Shown: in pieces, positions 58,779 to 64,000 of the stretch | How the letters are laid out: each line of letters starts with the position of its first letter | Numbering within the stretch: position 1 is the first letter of the stretch | Source of the DNA: an uncultured Bdellovibrionales bacterium | Lineage (GTDB): Bacteria > Patescibacteriota > Minisyncoccia > Moranbacterales > UBA2206 | Length of the DNA: 64,000 nucleotides | Direction: 5' to 3' | Assembly: GCA_964636505.1 (NCBI GenBank) | Contig: CAZWRY010000003.1 | Coordinates: 4,871 to 68,870, forward strand | Notes under the pieces: generated by a model | Told to the model about the DNA's origin: nothing | Seen by the model: the letters and a program-made list of their open reading frames with translations, nothing else | Database searches by the model: none | Translations under genes and position numbers: made by a program

Positions 58779-58979
58779 TTATATTCTGGATACTTTGATT
58801 GCATTTGGTCCTTTTGGGCTTTCGCCGACTTCAAATTCAACCGCATCTCCTTCTCTCAAATCATTAAATTGCACTCCTTGCAATTCCTTGGAATGAAAGA
58901 AAAGATCCTTGTCGCCGCCTTCCGGGGTAATGAAACCAAAACCACGATCAGTCAGCTTTTTGATTGTTCCTTTTGCCAT
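58779..58979 (-). CDS. Cold-shock domain protein
   Basis: RGFGFI (RNP1), LFFH (RNP2), KGPNA. Confidence 0.97.
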   Translation of the reverse strand: MAKGTIKKLTDRGFGFITPEGGDKDLFFHSKELQGVQFNDLREGDAVEFEVGESPKGPNAIKVSRI

Positions 58980-59090
58980 TTTTATAGTAAAAGATTAGTT
59001 AAATGCGCACTTGAGGTTTATGACCCGCAGGGTCATTATGCAAGAAAAGTTCGACTACACTACTTTTGCATGCCACTGTGACACCTTGTA

Positions 59091-59119
59091 ATGATAGCAT
59101 ATCTAAGGCCTAAAGTCAA
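59091..59119 (-). promoter_or_regulatory. csp promoter TTGACT-N17-TATCAT, giving a ~105-nt structured 5' UTR
   Basis: Hexamers at 59114-59119 and 59091-59096; UTR hairpin ATGACCC/GGGTCAT at 59020-59036. Confidence 0.6.
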
Positions 59120-59150
59120 TGTTTTTACTGTTTAAGCCTAAATTTAAAAA

Positions 59151-60368
59151 CTATTCGTATCTGAGGGCTTCAATCGGGCTTAGATTGGCTGCCTGACGAG
59201 CCGGATAAAAACCAAAAATAATACCGACCGCCGCTGAAACCCCAAAAGCCAGGAATACCGAAAAAAGCGATATTTCTGTCGTAAGACTGCTGTAAAATTT
59301 TGGGATAATAAGCGCCACCGCCCAGCCCAAAAAAACTCCCGCGGCTCCGCCTACAAAAGTCAACATCACGGCTTCCACCAAGAATTGTAAATTAATGTAG
59401 GTTTTTTTGATACCCACCGCTTTTCGAAGGCCAATTTCACGCGTACGTTCAGTAACGGTGGTGAGCATCATATTCATAATTCCAATCCCACCAACTAAAA
59501 GAGAGATGCCGGCAATAGAAGATAGCAAAATAGTAAATGTGTTAGTTATGCTGGTTGCCGTTGAGATAACATCCGTTTGATTCATAATGCTAAAATCAGC
59601 CTCGTCTGCATTTTCAATTTTATGCCGTTTTAATAATAACTGGGTAATTTGTTCTTGAGCGGAAGTCATCACCTCTTGATTTTTAGCCGCTACATTAATC
59701 GTACTCACATATTCAGTGCCAGAAAGAAAATGGCGAAAAGTATCCAAAGGAATGTAAATTACATCATCAGAATTATTCATTCCTGAACCGCCTTTGGAAA
59801 CTGTTGTGCCAACAACTTCAAAATCAATTTTATTTATTCTTATCACCGAGCCTATAGGATCAGCGCCTTCTCCGAATAAATCTTCAACGGTCGTCGGACC
59901 TAAAATAGCCACCTTGGATGATTTTTTTAGGTGCTGCTCCGTAATAAACATGCCATTCTCAATTTCAATATTTTTCACTTCGGTATATTCAGATGTCACG
60001 CCCAAAACTCGGGTATTGGTATTATTTTCTTTAAAAGTGATTTGATAACGCCCGCTGATTTCCGGCGCCACTCCAGAGATCCCTTGAACTTCATCTTTGA
60101 TAGCTTCAGAGTCATCAACTGAAAGTGTTCTGCCTCCGCCTCTCTCTCCTCGAACCATGCCGTTGCTTTGTGAGCCAGGATAAACCATGATTAAATTAGA
60201 ACCGATGGATTGAATTTTTTCTTCTATGTTTTTTTGCGACCCCTGGCCTATGGCCACCATTGTTATTACTGAAGCCACACCGATAACAATACCTAAGATG
60301 GTCAGCCCCGACCTGACTTTATTTCCTGTTATTGCCCAAATTGTCTCCTTAAATAAATCCGTTAGCAT
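59151..60368 (-). CDS. MacB/FtsX-type ABC transporter permease
   Basis: RSGLTILGIVIGV, GGIGIMNMML, ERTREIG, PIEALRYE. Confidence 0.95.
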   Translation of the reverse strand: MLTDLFKETIWAITGNKVRSGLTILGIVIGVASVITMVAIGQGSQKNIEEKIQSIGSNLIMVYPGSQSNGMVRGERGGGRTLSVDDSEAIKDEVQGISGVAPEISGRYQITFKENNTNTRVLGVTSEYTEVKNIEIENGMFITEQHLKKSSKVAILGPTTVEDLFGEGADPIGSVIRINKIDFEVVGTTVSKGGSGMNNSDDVIYIPLDTFRHFLSGTEYVSTINVAAKNQEVMTSAQEQITQLLLKRHKIENADEADFSIMNQTDVISTATSITNTFTILLSSIAGISLLVGGIGIMNMMLTTVTERTREIGLRKAVGIKKTYINLQFLVEAVMLTFVGGAAGVFLGWAVALIIPKFYSSLTTEISLFSVFLAFGVSAAVGIIFGFYPARQAANLSPIEALRYE

Positions 60369-60385
60369 ACGCTTATTTTTTGTGC

Positions 60386-61084
60386 CTATATTTTATGATC
60401 ATTGGGAATATTTTTCTCGTCTTTTTCTATCGCGCCATCGCGAATATGGATTATTCTGTTGGCATAGTCGGCGACATCCATTTCATGCGTAATAAGTATT
60501 ACTGTATGACCTTTTTCATTTAATTCCCGCAAAGCATTCATGACAACATAGCTGGTTTTGGTGTCCAAATTACCTGTCGGCTCATCAGCCAAGATTATGG
60601 AAGGATTATTGATTAACGCCCGAGCGATAGCCACCCTTTGCATTTGTCCTCCTGATAATTGATTGGAAAGATTCATAAATTTGTTTTCTTCCATGCCGGC
60701 ATAGCGCAAACATTTTTTGGCTCTCTCTATTCTTTCCTCTTTAGTAGTATCAGTATAAAGAAGCGGCAGCATAACATTCCTTAGGACTGTAGTCCGCGGC
60801 AATAAATTAAATGACTGAAAGACAAATCCTATGTTTTTGCCGCGAAGATCGGAAAGTTCGTCATCGGTAAGTTTGGAGATTTCACGGCCATCCAGAAAAT
60901 ACTCGCCGCCAGTCGGCGTATCCAGGGCCCCCAAAATGTGCATAAGGGTTGACTTGCCACTGCCGGAAGGACCAATTATGGAAACAAACTCTCCGCTCGC
61001 AATTTCAAAAGAAACATTATTCAAAGCGACTGTTTCCAGTTCTCCGTTTTTATATATTTTAGTTAAATTCCTACAAGAAATCAT
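60386..61084 (-). CDS. ABC transporter ATP-binding protein (MacB/LolD-like)
   Basis: [23 protein letters not shown]. Confidence 0.96.
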   Translation of the reverse strand: MISCRNLTKIYKNGELETVALNNVSFEIASGEFVSIIGPSGSGKSTLMHILGALDTPTGGEYFLDGREISKLTDDELSDLRGKNIGFVFQSFNLLPRTTVLRNVMLPLLYTDTTKEERIERAKKCLRYAGMEENKFMNLSNQLSGGQMQRVAIARALINNPSIILADEPTGNLDTKTSYVVMNALRELNEKGHTVILITHEMDVADYANRIIHIRDGAIEKDEKNIPNDHKI

Positions 61085-61112
61085 TTAAAAAATTTTTTAT
61101 TCTTTTTACATT

Positions 61113-62282
61113 TTACATTCCCGGTATCATCCCAGGCACCCGGCTGTTTCTGTTTGAGCTTAAGCCATTAGCATTCGCGGATGAAGTTTTTGAGTTTCCA
61201 CTAATTGTTTGGGTAATAACCAGTTCTCCTTGATTAACTCCTTTGGTTATTTCCACTTTTGAATTGTTTTCTAGTCCGGTTTCTACTTCTCTTTTCTCCA
61301 TTGCTCCATTTTTCATAATTCCAATAAAAGCCTTCCCATTTTCATTTTTTACCGCATTACTCGGAACAACAATAACATTTTCTTTGGAATTAGTAACAAT
61401 TGAGGCGGAAACATTCATTTCAGGCCTGATCCGAGAATCTAAAAAATCAAAAGCGAGAGTTACATCGTAGGTTACCACTCCGGAATTTTGAGCCCCCAAA
61501 GAATCTATTTTTTCTACGACACCGTTTGTAGAAAAATTATCAATTGCATTAAAAGTCAGGATAGCTTTTTGCCCGATTTCAATGCTGGCAATATCGACTT
61601 CGCTGACTTCTACCCGAGCTTTCATAGTTCCCAGGTCACCAATTATAATCGGCACTTCGCGGGAACTGCCGGATGAAAGTTTGCTTAGATCGTCTCCGTT
61701 TTTAATATTTACGGCATTAACTGTTCCATCAATTGGAGAAACAACTTTCTTATCGGAAAAATTTTTCTTCTCATTTTGGTAATTGGCCGAAGCATATTTG
61801 ATATTTTCTTCAGCTGCCATTACAGAAATTTCAGCCGCTTCTAATTTTTTCTTTAAGGCTGATTTTTCGCTGGAATTAGCATCTTCATAGTTTTCCTTGG
61901 CTTCCTTTTTATTGGCTTTGGCTGTCTCCAAAGAAGCCAGAGACTGCAAATAAGAAGAGTGGGCCTTAGTGACATTCGGAGCCAAATCTTCATTTTCAAT
62001 TTCAAAAAGAAATTGCCCTTTGGTTACCTTGTCCCCTACTGAAACAGAAAGGTTTTTTACCGTTCCGGTAATTGTCGGATCCACATTCGCGCTGCTGTCT
62101 ACAATTACATTGCCGCTGCCGGAAACGGAAGTGATAATCTTTTCCTTTTCCGCTACGGCCGTTTTGTAATGGATTTCTCCGTTTTTAAAATTACTTTTAT
62201 CATGCCAATAATATCCCCCGATTATTAGTAAAATAATTGCAGCTGCAAAAAGATATTTTTTATTCTTGAAAAAAATTGGCAT
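61113..62282 (-). CDS. MacA/HlyD-type periplasmic adaptor
   Basis: TM helix, barrel-sandwich (GDKVTKGQ, SPIDGTV), coiled coil. Confidence 0.9.
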   Translation of the reverse strand: MPIFFKNKKYLFAAAIILLIIGGYYWHDKSNFKNGEIHYKTAVAEKEKIITSVSGSGNVIVDSSANVDPTITGTVKNLSVSVGDKVTKGQFLFEIENEDLAPNVTKAHSSYLQSLASLETAKANKKEAKENYEDANSSEKSALKKKLEAAEISVMAAEENIKYASANYQNEKKNFSDKKVVSPIDGTVNAVNIKNGDDLSKLSSGSSREVPIIIGDLGTMKARVEVSEVDIASIEIGQKAILTFNAIDNFSTNGVVEKIDSLGAQNSGVVTYDVTLAFDFLDSRIRPEMNVSASIVTNSKENVIVVPSNAVKNENGKAFIGIMKNGAMEKREVETGLENNSKVEITKGVNQGELVITQTISGNSKTSSANANGLSSNRNSRVPGMIPGM

Positions 62283-62291
62283 TGGCTTTTT

Positions 62292-62834
62292 TTAATTGTT
62301 TAAGTTCTGATTGAATAGTCGGATAAGATCGGCGCTTAATAAGCCATTCTCCCCCGGCCTTCCCATAACGACAATTTTGTCGTTGATTTTCAGGTCGCCA
62401 ATTTTAATATCATTACGACCGGATTTGATGATTGTTTCGTTTTTTATTTCCACGGTATTTTCTTTATTATCTTGGTCTTTAACAATCAACTTGTTATCCG
62501 CAATGGAAATTATCGTTCCAACCAGACCATGCGCGTTTCTAAAATCGCGTCCGTCAAATTTTCGCATCAGTCCGTTCATTGGCAAATCTGAAGGTTCGGG
62601 TCTGTCCATTTTCGCTCTCTTGTCCTGCATGCCGATAAAATTACGTTCATAGTGTTTTCCCCATTCATAGGAAAATCTGGCTTTTTTAAAACCTACAGCC
62701 ACGCCCACCGCAAAGCTAACCGAAACCAAAATAATCAAACCGACCACAATTGCTCCGATTATTATTTTACGGGAATAATCTTTTTCTTTAAGATTTTTTA
62801 CCTCTTCTTTTTTATCAACTATCTTGTTGTCCAT
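62292..62834 (-). CDS. Membrane-anchored OB-fold-like protein (DUF5666-like)
   Basis: TM helix, GTIISI, DLKINDKIVVMG, ADLIRL. Confidence 0.6.
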   Translation of the reverse strand: MDNKIVDKKEEVKNLKEKDYSRKIIIGAIVVGLIILVSVSFAVGVAVGFKKARFSYEWGKHYERNFIGMQDKRAKMDRPEPSDLPMNGLMRKFDGRDFRNAHGLVGTIISIADNKLIVKDQDNKENTVEIKNETIIKSGRNDIKIGDLKINDKIVVMGRPGENGLLSADLIRLFNQNLNN

Positions 62835-62861
62835 AAAAATTTATTTAAAAAAATTATTAAA

Positions 62862-63281
62862 TTAACATAGGGCTATATGCGTATGAATGTATTTATATTT
62901 GCCTTTCAAAGACAGGAACAAATTCAAAAGCAGCAAAAATCCAAATATCGGAAGCATCATTGCTATCAGATTGACAACCGGGAAAGTTTCTCCGAGTGAA
63001 AAGAGAAATTCTCTCCAATTTCCGGCTACAATCATGAAATCGGAGAATAACAAGGAAACAATATTCCAAAACTCGGATTGCAGAAAAGATTTGCCAAAAA
63101 CGAAAAATGTCCCAAAAAATAACAAACCGGAAGCCGCCAGACCAAAATTTGTCAAAAACATTTTTGTTTTTATCTGTTTGTCTTTTTCCGCCTCTAAGCG
63201 CTTAAAAACAGCCTTCTTAAGGCTTTTGGGCGGTTTAATTTCGGCGATTTTCTGAGATATTTTTTGAGCCTGGTTTTGCAT
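62862..63281 (-). CDS. Putative membrane anti-sigma factor
   Basis: Directly after the ECF sigma gene; PPKSLKKAVFKRL followed by TM helices; start set at MQNQ. Confidence 0.7.
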   Translation of the reverse strand: MQNQAQKISQKIAEIKPPKSLKKAVFKRLEAEKDKQIKTKMFLTNFGLAASGLLFFGTFFVFGKSFLQSEFWNIVSLLFSDFMIVAGNWREFLFSLGETFPVVNLIAMMLPIFGFLLLLNLFLSLKGKYKYIHTHIALC

Positions 63282-63295
63282 ATAATTATTGATAA

Positions 63296-63322
63296 TACGA
63301 TTTAGATTATTTTTTGGGTGCA
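63296..63322 (-). promoter_or_regulatory. ECF-type promoter TGCACC-N17-CGTA overlapping the sigma gene 3' end
   Basis: Resembles B. subtilis SigW/SigM promoters (TGAAAC/TGCAAC-N16-CGT). Confidence 0.5.
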
Positions 63323-63900
63323 TTCTTTTTTGGAGAATTTTGCAATGGCCAATTTTTTCTGAGCCAAAGGACAGCCCGACGATACTTGCTTTTTATTGTG
63401 TTTGGCGATTGACTCATAATTTCAGCTATTTCAAACAAGGAAAAACCCTGGACACAGCGCAAAAGCAAAATTGTCCGGGCTTGCACCGTCAAACTGTTCA
63501 GTGCGGCTTGGACATCTTTTTTTTCATCCATTTTTTTCCAAAACTCTTGCGAATACAAAATTTCTTCGTCTTCAATAAAATTCAAGATATTCTCTCCCTC
63601 CAAATTTTCAAAAGTTGAAAAAGAAACGGCCTTTTTCTTTTTCAAAAAATCATAGGTCGCATTTTTGGCAATAGCAAATATCCAAGTACTAAATTTTTTT
63701 TGTCTGTCAAAAGAGGCTATTTTTTTCCAAACTTTAACAAACACCTCCTGGACAATATCCTCGGAGGATTCCCGATTCTGGATCATCCGATAAACAAAGT
63801 TATAAAGAGGCTTCAAATATTTTTCCACCAGCCTTTGAAACGCATCTTCATCTCCTTGGATATATTGTTCTATTAATTGTTCGTCCGCATTTTTTTCCAT
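63307..63900 (-). CDS. ECF RNA polymerase sigma factor
   Basis: EDIVQEVFVKVW, FSTWIFAIAKN, EIAEIM...TIKSKYRRA. Confidence 0.95.
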   Translation of the reverse strand: MEKNADEQLIEQYIQGDEDAFQRLVEKYLKPLYNFVYRMIQNRESSEDIVQEVFVKVWKKIASFDRQKKFSTWIFAIAKNATYDFLKKKKAVSFSTFENLEGENILNFIEDEEILYSQEFWKKMDEKKDVQAALNSLTVQARTILLLRCVQGFSLFEIAEIMSQSPNTIKSKYRRAVLWLRKNWPLQNSPKKNAPKK

Positions 63901-64000
63901 TGGAAAAATATTCGTTTACTTAAGTTCTTTAATTTTTTTGGTTCGCTTCATTATTTCCTTATCTAATCGGTACATTTTTTGAACTCCGTTTTCCAAAATA

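Overview
AT-rich bacterial chromosome segment, standard genetic code, with almost all genes on the minus strand. Gene content and style suggest a Candidate Phyla Radiation/Patescibacteria (Parcubacteria-like) genome; this is an inference. It holds a full F1Fo ATP synthase operon followed by a small beta-carbonic-anhydrase-like gene, four aminoacyl-tRNA synthetases (metG, glyQS, ileS type 2, argS), tgt, rarA, recO, tRNA-Ala(CGC), smpB-tmRNA-infC-rpmI-rplT, typA, lgt, a cold-shock gene, an ECF sigma/anti-sigma/MacAB-like locus and many membrane-anchored or secreted envelope proteins. No transposase, integrase, prophage or CRISPR is visible. The most striking signals are non-coding. (1) Three 98-125 bp CCC...GGG miniature inverted-repeat elements have exact 4-bp target duplications at the atpA start codon, a glycosyltransferase start codon and the atp promoter -35. 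(2) Several short REP-like palindromes are inserted in frame in metG, tgt and argS; one also has a free intergenic copy and one caps a tRNA relic. (3) A duplicated ~80-nt hairpin lies upstream of glyQS and ileS. (4) An ultrashort-stem-I ileS T-box is coupled to a transcription terminator. (5) Two leaders share a promoter - AGATG mini-uORF - terminator design. (6) Three paralogous putative lysozyme-fold proteins are present.
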